A stretch of DNA of 64,000 bases from Gemmatimonadota bacterium (GTDB lineage Bacteria > Gemmatimonadota > Gemmatimonadetes > Palauibacterales > Palauibacteraceae). The stretch covers positions 59,511-123,510 of the forward strand of contig JBHIAV010000001.1 in NCBI GenBank assembly GCA_046758745.1, written 5' to 3'. The position numbers and the translations under genes were made by a program. Below the pieces are notes generated by a model. The model was not told where the DNA came from and made no database searches. It saw only the letters and a program-made list of their open reading frames with translations. Shown piece after piece: positions 15,907 through 26,431 of this stretch (the stretch's first letter is position 1; every line of letters begins with the position of its first letter).

Positions 15907-18900
15907 TCAGAACACGTACTTCACGCCGATCTGCACAGAGCCCTGATCCGTCCGCTGGGCCCTGAGATCCACTTCCTCGCCGAAGCTCGGGTTGACCGAG
16001 TAGATGTAAGTCTGGGTGGCCGCGTCGAAGCCCTCCACCGAGAGTAGCTCGCGCTCGTCACTGAACTGGCCCACCCCGACGTTCCGGCCCCAATCGGAAT
16101 TGATCAGGTTCAGCACGTTGAAGAAGTCGGCGGTGATCTCGAAGCGCTGGTTTCCGACTGTGCGGAACCTCTTGCGAAGGCGGAGATCAAACTGCGTGAA
16201 GAAATCGTTCCGGCAGGTGTTTCGCCTGATGATCGTGCCAACCGCCTCTCGCAGACACTCGAAGTTGGCCAGGTGCTGCTCCAGCAACGGGATGTCGGTC
16301 GCCGGGTCATCGAAGACGAGGTTCGTTCCGATGAAAGCCCGATCGTTGCTGAAATCCCTGTCGCCGTTGACGTTCCCATCGACGACCGGCGTCCAGGGAC
16401 GACCCGAGAAGGTTCGCCAGATTCCGCTGATGGCGAAGTCGAACGGCAGCTCGAAGATGCCTGAAAACACGAGGCTATGCTCGCGGTTGAAATCGGAATC
16501 TCCCCAGGATCCGTTCACGTCGTCACCGCGATCGCCGAGGAAGTTGATGTTGCCGGCCGTCGGCGTCTCGAAGAGTGCGGTTCCGGTGATGCAGCAAGAG
16601 TAGGAGGCGTTGTCCTTGCTGTTCGTGTACGTGTAGCCCGCCTGCCAGCTGAAACGCTCTCCGCGCTGCGACAGCCCGACGGTGAATTGGTAGGTTCTCG
16701 CCTCGGCGGTGCTCACGTGCACCAGGACCTCATCGAAATCGTTGGTGATGCGGCCGGCTCTCGACGACGGGCTTCCGGAGGACCTGATCCCCGAGAGCGG
16801 CGTGAACTGGGGCCGGTTCTCGATTCCCGACCTGAACTGCTCGGGAAGCTGATTCCGATCCTGTACGGCGAAGTTCTTGTCGGTGCTCGAGAAGAGGAAG
16901 TCGAAGTCGACCTTCAGGCCCTGCACCAGCTCTTGCTCGAAGCCGAAGCTCGCCTTCCACGTGCGCGGGTACTCGAAGTTTGGCGCGAAAACGTTGATGT
17001 CCGCCGTCGGCGGGCTGGCCGCCCCGCCGCCGGCGCACGACGTCGGGATGTTGCGCAGATCGGCTGCGAACGCCCGATAGTCGGGAACCGGCGCCTCGTC
17101 TTCATCGCAGAACAGAAACAGCTGGTTGCCGCCCGTGTTGAGCAGCGAGTTCGAATACAGCACCGAGGGGAAACGGCCGAAGAAGAGACCGACGCCGCCG
17201 CGGATGACGCTGCTTCCCGACCCCGACGGGTCGTACGTGAAGCTGACGCGGGGCGAGATGTTGTTGTCGTCCGGAGTGACGTCCGTGCGGATGCCCAGCT
17301 CGGACACCAGGTCGTCGTTGAGGGGAGCCTCGTCCGGCAGCCGCGTGAAGTCGAAGCGTATCCCTGCCGTCAGGCTGAACCGGTCGCTCACGTGCCACGT
17401 GTCCTGCGCGTAGAGGCCGACCTCATACGTCTGGTACAGCGCCAGAGGCTGGATGTCGTCGTCCGTGAAGAACTGCCCGTCCGGACCCGGATTGGGCAGG
17501 GCCCGGCCGAAGTCGTCCACAATCATGTTCTCGAAATCGGACAGACTGTTGAAGTCGAACTGACCCTGCTGGTTGAAGAAGAAGAAGTTCTCGAAGTCGA
17601 ACAGGTTGAAGATCCCACCGAGCTTCACCTCGTGATCGCCCGCTCGGATGTACAGATTGTTCGTGAACTCGAAGGTCGTCTCCTCCAGATTGTTCGGGAG
17701 GACGGCGTCGTTGCAGCACTCCATGCCTCGCAGGGACTCGTCTCTGTCGTTAGTGGGATCGCCGTCCCCGTCACTGTCGACGGTCGGGTCAAAGTCACTG
17801 TTGACGTTGACCTCGGCCTCCGGTAGCAGGGAGTTGGCTTCCCGCGGCCGCGGCTCGAAGGCGATCTGGGCCCGAGCCTCGTTCCACACGTTCGGAGAGA
17901 ACACGGAGTTGAGTTGCAGGACGGTCGAATTCCCCGTGTTTTCGAACACCCCGCCGTTTCCGATCGTCTCATCAGATCTGATCCGGTCACCCTTCTGCTC
18001 GAGGTCGGTGAAGTTGTGACGCAGGGTCAGCCGGTGCTTGTTCGAGATCTGCCAGTCGAGCCGCCCGAAGACAGCCCACTCGTCCTGGGTCTCCTTGAAG
18101 GAGCCGGCTTGGTCTGTCACCCCGTACACCTCCTGCAGGATCTCGAGGAAGCGGCGCACGCTGTCGGGGTGGACCCGTCTGCTCGGGTCGGGTTCCTCGC
18201 CCGGCGCCGGGAGTCCGAAGACCGGCTCGTCGCGGTCCTGCCGCTCCACCGCCAGGAAGAAGTGCAGCTTGTCGCGCACGAGCGGGCCGGAGAGCGTTCC
18301 CCCGATCTGCCTGGAGGTGAAGTCCGCCTCCCGGTCGAAGAAATCGTTCCGCGTGATCGCGTCGTCGCGGAAGAACCCGAAGAGCGAGCCGCGGAAGGTG
18401 TTCGTTCCCGACTTCGTCACCGCGTTGATCACGCCGCCGCTGAAGAAGCCGTACTCCACGTCGAAGCCGTTGCTGACGACCTGGAACTCCGACACACTCT
18501 CGATGGAGAAGGCGAACGGGATGCGGTCCGACCCCCGCGCCTCGCCGCCGAAGAACGTCCCGGTCGTGCCGGCCCCGTCGATCTGGATGAGGTTGGCCCC
18601 ACGCCGGCCGCCGCCGAGCGACAGGGCTCCGCCGGTGCCGTCTCCGATGTCCACGCCGACCTTGGGAGACAGGGCCACGAGGTCGGCGAAGTTCCGTCCG
18701 TTGACCGGGATCGCCTCGATCTCTTCGGCCGAGACGAGATCCACCACGCCCGTCTCGTCCGGGTCGATCAGCGGCTGCTCTCCCACCACCGTGATGGCCT
18801 CGAGCTGTGCGGCCGACACCTCCATGGAGAAGTCGATGAGGGCCGTCTCACCGAGCCGGACCCGCACGTTTTCCCGGCGAAGCGCCTGGAATCCGATACG

Positions 18901-19149
18901 GCTGACCTCGACGTCGTACCGGCCGACAGGCAAGGCCGGCAGGGCGTAGCGTCCGTCCTCGCTCGCCACGGTGCTGAAGGTCACACCCCTCGCGACGTTG
19001 GTCGCGGTGACGCCGACCGCGGCGATGGGCTCCCCGGTGGTGGCGGTCACCGTTCCCCGAATCGAGCCGGTGGTGACCTGTGCCTCCGCAATGCCCGCGA
19101 AGGCTCCGACAAGCAGGAGACAGAGGGGTCCCACAAGGCGTCTGTGCAT
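15907..19149 (-). CDS. TonB-dependent receptor, Oar-like, with carboxypeptidase-regulatory N-domain
   Basis: Signal peptide MHRR...AEA-Q after SD GGAG, IPVNGRNF, GGVINAVTKSGTN, NNISPR and C-terminal GVKYVF. Confidence 0.92.
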   Translation of the reverse strand: MHRRLVGPLCLLLVGAFAGIAEAQVTTGSIRGTVTATTGEPIAAVGVTATNVARGVTFSTVASEDGRYALPALPVGRYDVEVSRIGFQALRRENVRVRLGETALIDFSMEVSAAQLEAITVVGEQPLIDPDETGVVDLVSAEEIEAIPVNGRNFADLVALSPKVGVDIGDGTGGALSLGGGRRGANLIQIDGAGTTGTFFGGEARGSDRIPFAFSIESVSEFQVVSNGFDVEYGFFSGGVINAVTKSGTNTFRGSLFGFFRDDAITRNDFFDREADFTSRQIGGTLSGPLVRDKLHFFLAVERQDRDEPVFGLPAPGEEPDPSRRVHPDSVRRFLEILQEVYGVTDQAGSFKETQDEWAVFGRLDWQISNKHRLTLRHNFTDLEQKGDRIRSDETIGNGGVFENTGNSTVLQLNSVFSPNVWNEARAQIAFEPRPREANSLLPEAEVNVNSDFDPTVDSDGDGDPTNDRDESLRGMECCNDAVLPNNLEETTFEFTNNLYIRAGDHEVKLGGIFNLFDFENFFFFNQQGQFDFNSLSDFENMIVDDFGRALPNPGPDGQFFTDDDIQPLALYQTYEVGLYAQDTWHVSDRFSLTAGIRFDFTRLPDEAPLNDDLVSELGIRTDVTPDDNNISPRVSFTYDPSGSGSSVIRGGVGLFFGRFPSVLYSNSLLNTGGNQLFLFCDEDEAPVPDYRAFAADLRNIPTSCAGGGAASPPTADINVFAPNFEYPRTWKASFGFEQELVQGLKVDFDFLFSSTDKNFAVQDRNQLPEQFRSGIENRPQFTPLSGIRSSGSPSSRAGRITNDFDEVLVHVSTAEARTYQFTVGLSQRGERFSWQAGYTYTNSKDNASYSCCITGTALFETPTAGNINFLGDRGDDVNGSWGDSDFNREHSLVFSGIFELPFDFAISGIWRTFSGRPWTPVVDGNVNGDRDFSNDRAFIGTNLVFDDPATDIPLLEQHLANFECLREAVGTIIRRNTCRNDFFTQFDLRLRKRFRTVGNQRFEITADFFNVLNLINSDWGRNVGVGQFSDERELLSVEGFDAATQTYIYSVNPSFGEEVDLRAQRTDQGSVQIGVKYVF

Positions 19150-19417
19150 GATATACGCTCCCTGCTTGGGTGTGGCGGAAGAGAGAGTGAGCCTCAACGG
19201 CCGCAACGCGCGCTCCGAAATGAGGTCGGTGTCTGGTCGCTGTCGAGGATCGGCCGGCTCCGCTGGCTTCTGACAGCGAACGCTCGTTGGCCAGCGTCCA
19301 TCTATATCATGGGCTCCTGCTGAACGCAATACGGGCACGGTTGCTCGCGCTCCCGTGATTCGCAAGCTGGCCTGCCGTACCGGCTGCCGAAATGGCGCCA
19401 GCTGGAGTTGCGGCGCT

Positions 19418-20458
19418 CTACGCCGCGGCCAGGCTCCGGACCTGGCGCTCTACATCGGCCAGCAGCTCCTCTCTGTCTCTGTGGTGCAGGAAGGCGCTCC
19501 GGAACCCGTTCAGGATCATCTCGGCGATCTCATCCAGCGTGAAGCCGAGGTGCTTCGCCGCGCGCACGTACTCCTCGGTGACCGTGGTCCCGCTCATCAG
19601 GCGGTTGTCCGTGTTCAGGCTCACCACCAGATCCTCGTCGAAGTACAGGCGGACCGGGTGGCTGGCGAAGTCGGCCACCGCTCCCGTCTGCACGTTGCTC
19701 GTGAGACAGATCTCGAGCGGGATCCGGTGGTCGTTCACATACTGCATGAGGTCCCGGTCTTCGTGCAGCCGCGTCCCGTGTCCGATCCGGTGCGCGCCGC
19801 AATAGTGTATTGCCTGGTGGATCGACTCGGGGCCGTACGCCTCGCCGGCGTGGATGGTGGCGTTGATGTTGGCGTTCAGCACCCGGTAGAAGGCGTCCTT
19901 GTGCTTCTTCGCCGGATAGTTGTACTCGGCGCCCGCCAGGTCGAACGCCACCACCCCACGGTCCTTGTACGCAACCGTGAGGTCGGCCAGATCGCGCGAG
20001 ATCTCGGGGGACATGTTCCGGATCCCGCAGATGATGAGGCTCGACCGGATCCCGAACTCCCTCCGGGCGCGCTCGATCCCCCGGAGGGGCGCGCGCACCG
20101 TCTCCGGTAGCGGTAGGCCGGCCCGCGTGAGGAGGATCGGCGAGTAGCGGATCTCCATGTAGCGAACGTTCTCGGCCGCTGCATCCTCGCACAGCTCGTA
20201 GGCGATCCGCTCGAGCGCCTCCGCGTGCTGCATGACCGACAGCGTGACTTCGAAGCGGGCCAGGTAGTCCTCGAGGTGGGTCGCGTCCTTCACGAACAGG
20301 TAGTCGGTGAGGGCGTCGATGTCGCGCGTCGGGAGCCGCACGCCGCTGCGCGCCGCGAGGTCGAGGATCGTTCGCGGTCGCAGCGAGCCGTCCAGATGCA
20401 CGTGGAGATCGGCTTTCGGCATCGCCCGGATGCGCTCGTGAAGCTGCTCCTCGGTCAT
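19418..20458 (-). CDS. add: adenosine deaminase
   Basis: PKADLHVHLDGS, TIHAGE, RIGHG, EICLTSN, NTDN. Confidence 0.93.
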   Translation of the reverse strand: MTEEQLHERIRAMPKADLHVHLDGSLRPRTILDLAARSGVRLPTRDIDALTDYLFVKDATHLEDYLARFEVTLSVMQHAEALERIAYELCEDAAAENVRYMEIRYSPILLTRAGLPLPETVRAPLRGIERARREFGIRSSLIICGIRNMSPEISRDLADLTVAYKDRGVVAFDLAGAEYNYPAKKHKDAFYRVLNANINATIHAGEAYGPESIHQAIHYCGAHRIGHGTRLHEDRDLMQYVNDHRIPLEICLTSNVQTGAVADFASHPVRLYFDEDLVVSLNTDNRLMSGTTVTEEYVRAAKHLGFTLDEIAEMILNGFRSAFLHHRDREELLADVERQVRSLAAA

Positions 20459-20500
20459 CGCGGCTCGCTTCTGGCTGGACCGTTGGGGCCCCCGCGGGGG

Positions 20501-22135
20501 CTACTCGCGGTGCATGGGGATCCACCGCGGCTCGACCGGCGCCCGCACCGGCTGCGGGAGGTCGGCAAGGTATTCTATGAGCGCCTCGAGGTCCACGATC
20601 CCCGTGTTCTCGCTCGCTTCCGCCTCGGCGAGCATGACGAATCCGCTGCCGCCCGTGGCCATGAAGTCGTTGGCCACCACGAGGTACAGGGAGTCCGCGT
20701 GAACCCGCCGGCCATCGTCCAACGTCGCGTCGCGAATGCGCCCGCCGTGGGGTCCGCCGGGATCGTACCGCACCCGGAGGCCGCTCACGTTCGCGTCCGG
20801 ACCGTCGTCCTCGAGCGCGTGCTCGAGCGCGGCCAGGAGATGGCGCCCGCGCAGCCGCAGCCGGACGAGGGTGTTCTGGAACGGCTGCACCCGAAAGAGG
20901 TCGCCGTACGTCACCGGGCCCGCCGCGAGGCCGGTGCGGATGCCGCCGTTGTTCATGATCGCCACCTCGGCCCCCGTGGCGGCGCGCTGGGCGTCGGCGA
21001 TCAGGCGGCCGAGCGCGAAGTCCCCTCGCGGTCCCCTCTCTGAGGGGAGGGCCTCGGCGAGATGCATGACGGGCCGGTCGGCGATCTCCGCCACCCGGGC
21101 CCGGTAGCCCTCCACCAGGGCCTGGACCGCCGTGTCGGGTGCCACCGAGTCGGCGAAGGGCGTCACGATGTCGAGGAGCGTCCGCTCCACGCTGCCGTCC
21201 GCCCGGCGCTCCAGCCTCCCGATGCCGAACGACGCCGTGCTGTAGCGGGACTGCACGACCGGGGCGCCACCGATCTCGGTGCGGATCCGGCTGTGCGTGT
21301 GTCCGGTGACCGCGTAGTCGAAGGGGGCGGTCGTCCGGGAGAGCTCGCGGATGGCCTCGCCGCTGCACCCCGCGTCTCGCTTGCAGAAACCGCCGGCGTG
21401 CATGATCACGACGATGAAGTCGACGCCCCGGGAGCGCACCTCCGGGATATAGCGGTCCAGCGTCTCTCCGATGGGTTGGAAGTGGAGCGCCTCGACGTTG
21501 CGCGGCCGGGTGGTCGTCGGAGTCTCCACCGTGGCCAGCCCGATCACTCCGAGGCGCACGCCGTCGCGCTCGAGGATGACGTACGGCTGCAGCCACTCGG
21601 GGTGCCGGTCCGTTCCCTTCCAGTACACGTTCGCTCCGAGAAAGGGGAAACGGGCCTGCTCGATGCGGCTGCGGAAGGTGTGGACCCCCCAGTCGAACTC
21701 GTGGTTGCCGGTGGCGGCCGCGTCGTACCCGAGGGCGTTGAAGGCCGCGATGGTGGACTCCCCGTCCACCAGGTTCGAGATCGGGGTCCCCTGCATCACG
21801 TCGCCGCCGCTCAGCAGGAAGACCGGGCACCCCGCCGATGCCTCCCGAATGTCGCGGAAGTACCCTCCAAGCGCGGCGGCCCCGCCGACCGGAGCTCCCC
21901 GCGTCCACCGGAAGGTGCGGGGGAGGAGCTGGCCGTGCGTGTCGTTCGTCGAGAGGATCGTCGCGCAGGCCGGCCGCGCGCCGGGAACACCGGAGGCGGG
22001 GGCGATCGAGCGCTCGGCCTCGCTCTGCGCCTGTGAGGATCGGCCGGCCGGTGGGCTCGCGTCCGGGCTCCCGCCGGCGGAGGCGCACCCCGCGGCCAGC
22101 CCGAGGACGAGGAGAAACGCGGCCCTCCGGATCAA
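20501..22135 (-). CDS. 5'-nucleotidase/metallophosphatase lipoprotein (UshA-like)
   Basis: Lipobox AAGC, TNDTHG, GD, GNHEFD, GHTH and C-terminal NNGGIR...PFQN. Confidence 0.92.
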   Translation of the reverse strand: MIRRAAFLLVLGLAAGCASAGGSPDASPPAGRSSQAQSEAERSIAPASGVPGARPACATILSTNDTHGQLLPRTFRWTRGAPVGGAAALGGYFRDIREASAGCPVFLLSGGDVMQGTPISNLVDGESTIAAFNALGYDAAATGNHEFDWGVHTFRSRIEQARFPFLGANVYWKGTDRHPEWLQPYVILERDGVRLGVIGLATVETPTTTRPRNVEALHFQPIGETLDRYIPEVRSRGVDFIVVIMHAGGFCKRDAGCSGEAIRELSRTTAPFDYAVTGHTHSRIRTEIGGAPVVQSRYSTASFGIGRLERRADGSVERTLLDIVTPFADSVAPDTAVQALVEGYRARVAEIADRPVMHLAEALPSERGPRGDFALGRLIADAQRAATGAEVAIMNNGGIRTGLAAGPVTYGDLFRVQPFQNTLVRLRLRGRHLLAALEHALEDDGPDANVSGLRVRYDPGGPHGGRIRDATLDDGRRVHADSLYLVVANDFMATGGSGFVMLAEAEASENTGIVDLEALIEYLADLPQPVRAPVEPRWIPMHRE

Positions 22136-24807
22136 CCCGCGGCCGCTCCTGATTTCGCGCTACGCTCGGGCAGGGCGGCGTGGGTTCCGGTCCGCTCGCG
22201 CAGGGCGGCGTGCGCGGCGGACAGCCGCGCCACCGGAATCCGGAAGGGAGAGCAGGAGACGTAGTCCAACCCCAGCTCGTGGCAGAACCGCACCGAGGCG
22301 GGCTCTCCGCCGTGCTCGCCGCAGATCCCGACCTTGAGGGCGTGCCGTGACCTCCGACCCTCCGCGACGGCGAGCTCCATGAGGCGGCCTACTCCCGGCC
22401 GGTCGATGGACTGGAAGGGATCGCGCGGATACACACCGGCCTCCACATAGGAAGGGAGGAAGATGCCGGAATCGTCGCGAGACACGCCGAGAGTGGTCTG
22501 GGTCAGGTCGTTGGTGCCGAAGGAGAAGAACTCGGCCTCCTGCGCGATCTCGGCCGCCGTGAGGCAGGCGCGGGGCAGCTCGATCATCGTGCCCACCAGG
22601 TAGGAGACGCTCTCTTCCACTGCGGCGAACAGCTCCCCGGCCACCCGGTCCACGATCGCCTTCTGATGTTCGAGCTCGCCGCGGTGGCCGACGAGGGGGA
22701 CCATGATCTCCGGCCTGACGTCCACCCCGTCGCGCTTCACCGCCAGCGCCGCCTCGAAGATCGCCCGGGCCTGCATCTCGGTGATCTCCGGGTGGGAGTA
22801 GCCGAGCCGGCACCCGCGGTGTCCGAGCATCGGGTTCGCCTCGGTGAGCCGTTCCACGGCCGAGCGAACCGCGGCCACCGTCATCCCGAGCCTTCCCGCC
22901 AGCCGCTCGATCTCCTCTTCATCATGGGGAAGGAACTCGTGCAGGGGAGGATCGAGCAGCCGGATGGTGACCGGGAGCCCGTCCATCGCTCGGAAGATTC
23001 CCTCGAAGTCCTCCCGCTGCATGGGGAGCAGTCTGGCCAGCGCCCGCCGCCGCCCGCCCGCGTCGCCGGCCAGGATCATCTCCCGCATGGCGTCGATTCG
23101 TGCCTCGCCGAAGAACATGTGCTCGGTACGGCAGAGACCGATCCCCTCCGCCCCGAACTCGCGAGCCGTCGCCGCGTCGGCCGGCGTGTCGGCGTTCGTC
23201 CGCACCTGCAGCCTGCGGAAATCGTCCGCCCACCTCATCAGGGTGCGGTAGTCCTCCCCGAGCTCCGGCTCGACAGTGGGAACGCGACCCTCGATCACCT
23301 GGCCGGTGGATCCGTCCACCGTGATCCATTCGCCCCGTCGCACGACGCGTCCGTTCGCGCGGATCTCGCCGGCCGGCTCGTCCACCTCGAGCCCCTGGGC
23401 GCCCGCCACGCAGCACTTCCCCATCCCTCGGGCCACCACGGCGGCGTGGCTCGTCATCCCGCCGCGCGCGGTCAGGATGGCGCGCGCCGCCACCATCCCC
23501 TCGAAGTCGTCGGGCGAGGTCTCCCGGCGCACCAGGATCACCGAGGCGCCGTCTGCTGCCCGGGCTACCGCCTCCTCCGCCGTCAACACCACCTCACCCG
23601 AGGCGGCGCCGGGCGAGGCGGGGAGCCCCACGGCGAGCGCCGTGAACTGGGCGCGCGGGTCCACGGTGGGGTGAAGGAGCTGCTCGAGGCGCTCGGCCTC
23701 GACGCGGAGGAGCGCCGTCTCCCGGTCGATCAGATCTTCCTTCACCATGTCTACGGCGATCCGCACGGCGGCCCGCGCCGTCCGCTTGCCCGCCCGCGTC
23801 TGCAGGAGGTAGAGCCTCCCGTCCTCTACCGTGAACTCGAGGTCCTGCATCTCGCGGTAGTGGCGCTCGAGCCGATCGGCCGTCTCAACGAGCTGTCGGT
23901 ACGCGTTCGGAAGTCGGCCCTCCATCTGGTCGAGGGAGAGCGGGTCGCGGATGCCCGCCACCACGTCCTCGCCCTGGGCGTTGATGAGGAACTCGCCGTA
24001 CAGCCTCGGTTCCCCGGTGGAGGGGTCGCGGGTGAAGGCGACGCCCGTGCCGCTTCTCGGACCGCGGTTGCCGTACACCATGGCCATCACGGTGACCGCC
24101 GTCCCCAGGTCGTGCGGAATCCCGTTCGCCTTCCGGTAAGCCTGCGCTCGCGGGTTGCTCCAGCTGCGGAATACCGCCTCGATCGCTCCCCACAGCTGCG
24201 CCTGGGGGTCGTCGGGAAAGGCGGTGCCCGTCTCCCGGCTGACGAGCTCTTTGTAGGAGCCGACGAGCGCGCGCAGCCGCTCGCCGTTCAGCTCGCTGTC
24301 CTGCGAGGCCCCGGCGTCGCGCTTCGCCGCATCGAGGATCTCCTCAAAGGAGCCGGGCTCCACGCCGAGGACGACGTGCCCGTACATCTGCACGAAGCGT
24401 CGGTAGGAGTCGTATGCGAAGCGCTCGTCGCCCGACCGCCGCTCGAGCGCCCGCGCCGCCCCATCGTGCATCCCGAGGTTGAGGATCGTGTCCATCATCC
24501 CCGGCATCGAGATCGAGGCCCCCGAGCGCACGGAGACGAGCAGAGGGTCTTCCGCATCGCCGAAGCGACGGCCGGCCACCTCCTCCAGGCGACCGAGGGC
24601 CTCCGCCACCTCCCGGTGCAGCCCCTCCGGCAGCCTCCCCGCGGCGAGATACCGCCGGCACACCTCCGTGGTGATCGTGAAGCCGGGAGGCACCGGGATC
24701 CCGAGGCGCGTCATCTCGGCGAGGTTCGCCCCTTTGCTCCCGAGGAGCGCCTTCTTTCCCCGGTCCCCATCCGCCTCGCCGGCGCCGAAGGAGTAGACCC
24801 GTTTCAC
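22132..24807 (-). CDS. ppdK: pyruvate, phosphate dikinase (start approximate)
   Basis: GSKGANLAEM, LVSVRSGA, GGMTSHAAVVARG phospho-His, GIGLCRTEHMF, GICGEHGG. Confidence 0.96.
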   Translation of the reverse strand: MKRVYSFGAGEADGDRGKKALLGSKGANLAEMTRLGIPVPPGFTITTEVCRRYLAAGRLPEGLHREVAEALGRLEEVAGRRFGDAEDPLLVSVRSGASISMPGMMDTILNLGMHDGAARALERRSGDERFAYDSYRRFVQMYGHVVLGVEPGSFEEILDAAKRDAGASQDSELNGERLRALVGSYKELVSRETGTAFPDDPQAQLWGAIEAVFRSWSNPRAQAYRKANGIPHDLGTAVTVMAMVYGNRGPRSGTGVAFTRDPSTGEPRLYGEFLINAQGEDVVAGIRDPLSLDQMEGRLPNAYRQLVETADRLERHYREMQDLEFTVEDGRLYLLQTRAGKRTARAAVRIAVDMVKEDLIDRETALLRVEAERLEQLLHPTVDPRAQFTALAVGLPASPGAASGEVVLTAEEAVARAADGASVILVRRETSPDDFEGMVAARAILTARGGMTSHAAVVARGMGKCCVAGAQGLEVDEPAGEIRANGRVVRRGEWITVDGSTGQVIEGRVPTVEPELGEDYRTLMRWADDFRRLQVRTNADTPADAATAREFGAEGIGLCRTEHMFFGEARIDAMREMILAGDAGGRRRALARLLPMQREDFEGIFRAMDGLPVTIRLLDPPLHEFLPHDEEEIERLAGRLGMTVAAVRSAVERLTEANPMLGHRGCRLGYSHPEITEMQARAIFEAALAVKRDGVDVRPEIMVPLVGHRGELEHQKAIVDRVAGELFAAVEESVSYLVGTMIELPRACLTAAEIAQEAEFFSFGTNDLTQTTLGVSRDDSGIFLPSYVEAGVYPRDPFQSIDRPGVGRLMELAVAEGRRSRHALKVGICGEHGGEPASVRFCHELGLDYVSCSPFRIPVARLSAAHAALRERTGTHAALPERSAKSGAAAG

Positions 24808-24892
24808 GGCCCCTGTGGCCCGCACCCCCGGCACGTCGTGCCCGACGCCACGTGCCTCCGCGCCGCCGCCCGCCGCCGTGCCCGGGGGGCGG

Positions 24893-26431
24893 TCAACGCG
24901 GGCTCTCCACCGGGAATTCTTGCTCGAGGTCCACGAGTGGCGCCTGGTAGTCACCCGTCCAGCAGGCGTCGCAGAACGGCCCGTGGCCGGCCACCTCCTC
25001 GAGCATGCCCTGCATGGAGAGGTAGCCCAGGGAGTCGACGCCGAGATGGTCGCGGATCTGCCGTACCGTGTGGGTCGATCCGATCAGCTCCTCCTTCGTC
25101 GGCATGTCGATCCCGTAGTAACACGGGTGCCGGATCGGGGGGGAAGCCACGCGGAAGTGGATCTCCCGTGCCCCGGCTTCCCTGAGCAGGGTGACGAGAC
25201 CGCGGCTCGTCGTCCCGCGCACCAGCGAGTCGTCCACCACCACCACGCGCCGACCGGAGATGACGCCCGACACCGGGTTGTACTTGACGCGCACCTTGAA
25301 GTCGCGCGCCGCCTGCGTCGGCTGGATGAACGTGCGCCCGACGTAATGGTTCCGGATGAGCCCGAGCTCGAACGGGAGGCCCGACTCCTCGCTGAAACCG
25401 AGGGCGGCCGAGTTGGAGGAGTCGGGCACGGATATCACGCAGTCGGCCTCCGCCGGGTGCTCGCGCGCGAGCCGGCGACCGAATGCCCGGCGGGCCCGGT
25501 CCACCGAGCAGCCCCACATGCGTGAGTCCGGTCTCGCGAAGTACACCAGCTCGAAGAGACAGGCCGCGTGCGCGGCCGGCTCGAGGGGACGCAGCGACTC
25601 CACACACCCGTTCTCGATTCGCAGAACCTCGCCCGGCTCTACGTCCCGCTCGTGCAGGGCGCCGATGATGTCGAGGGCGCACGTCTCGGAGGCCACGATT
25701 GCCGCCTCCCCGAGTCGGCCCAGCACGAGCGGGCGGAAGCCGCGCGGATCCCGCGCCACATACACCACCGGCCCAATGTTCAGGACGAGTGAGAAGGCGC
25801 CGACGAGCTGGGAGAGGGCGTCGTCCACCTGCTGGCTCTCGCTCTCGCGCCGCGAGCGGGCGATGAGGTGGATAACGACCTCCGAGTCGCTATCGGTCTG
25901 GAAGATCGCACCCTCGCGCGTGAGTCGGTCCCGCAGCTCCTCCGCGTTCGTCAGGTTGCCGTTGTGGGCGAGCGCGAGGGGGCCGTGCCGGTAGTCCACC
26001 AGCACCGGCTGGGCGTTCCGCAGCTCCGAGCCGCCGGCCGTCGAGTAGCGGACATGGCCGAGCGCGGTGGAGCCCGGCAACCGGCCGAGAGCCACATCAT
26101 CGAACACCTCGCTGACCAGACCCATTCCGCGGTACGCGCGGGCCCGGCCCGTCTCATCGATGGTGACGATGCCGGCCGACTCCTGGCCGCGATGCTGCAG
26201 CGCGTACAGGCCGAGGAAGGTGAGCTCCGCGGCCGCCGGGCTGCCGCTCACCGCGAAGATCCCGCACTCCTCGTGTGGCCGGTCGTCTTCGAGCCACGCG
26301 GGAAGCCTTCGGGTCCGAGCATCCGCACGGCCGCTTCCGCGGTTCGGGGAGAGCTGACCGCTCGCCGCCATCGCGTCGACGGGTGCCACGCCTTGGCGGC
26401 ATCCGCGCACACCGGAACGCATCCCGTTCAT
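24893..26431 (-). CDS. purF: amidophosphoribosyltransferase
   Basis: EE-CGIF Ntn cysteine, [27 protein letters not shown] and Fe-S ligands PCYYG/FCDAC. ATGA overlap with the purL stop. Confidence 0.96.
   Translation of the reverse strand: MNGMRSGVRGCRQGVAPVDAMAASGQLSPNRGSGRADARTRRLPAWLEDDRPHEECGIFAVSGSPAAAELTFLGLYALQHRGQESAGIVTIDETGRARAYRGMGLVSEVFDDVALGRLPGSTALGHVRYSTAGGSELRNAQPVLVDYRHGPLALAHNGNLTNAEELRDRLTREGAIFQTDSDSEVVIHLIARSRRESESQQVDDALSQLVGAFSLVLNIGPVVYVARDPRGFRPLVLGRLGEAAIVASETCALDIIGALHERDVEPGEVLRIENGCVESLRPLEPAAHAACLFELVYFARPDSRMWGCSVDRARRAFGRRLAREHPAEADCVISVPDSSNSAALGFSEESGLPFELGLIRNHYVGRTFIQPTQAARDFKVRVKYNPVSGVISGRRVVVVDDSLVRGTTSRGLVTLLREAGAREIHFRVASPPIRHPCYYGIDMPTKEELIGSTHTVRQIRDHLGVDSLGYLSMQGMLEEVAGHGPFCDACWTGDYQAPLVDLEQEFPVESPR

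Noticed and set aside
15907-19149. Visibly lower GC in the TonB receptor gene as a sign of horizontal transfer
   Set aside because: The Asn/Phe/Asp-rich barrel composition explains it. There is no flanking integrase, tRNA or direct repeat.
20488-20501. 14-bp perfect palindrome GCCCCCGCGGGGGC
   Set aside because: It is all-GC and low-complexity, expected by chance at this GC content, and has no U-tract.
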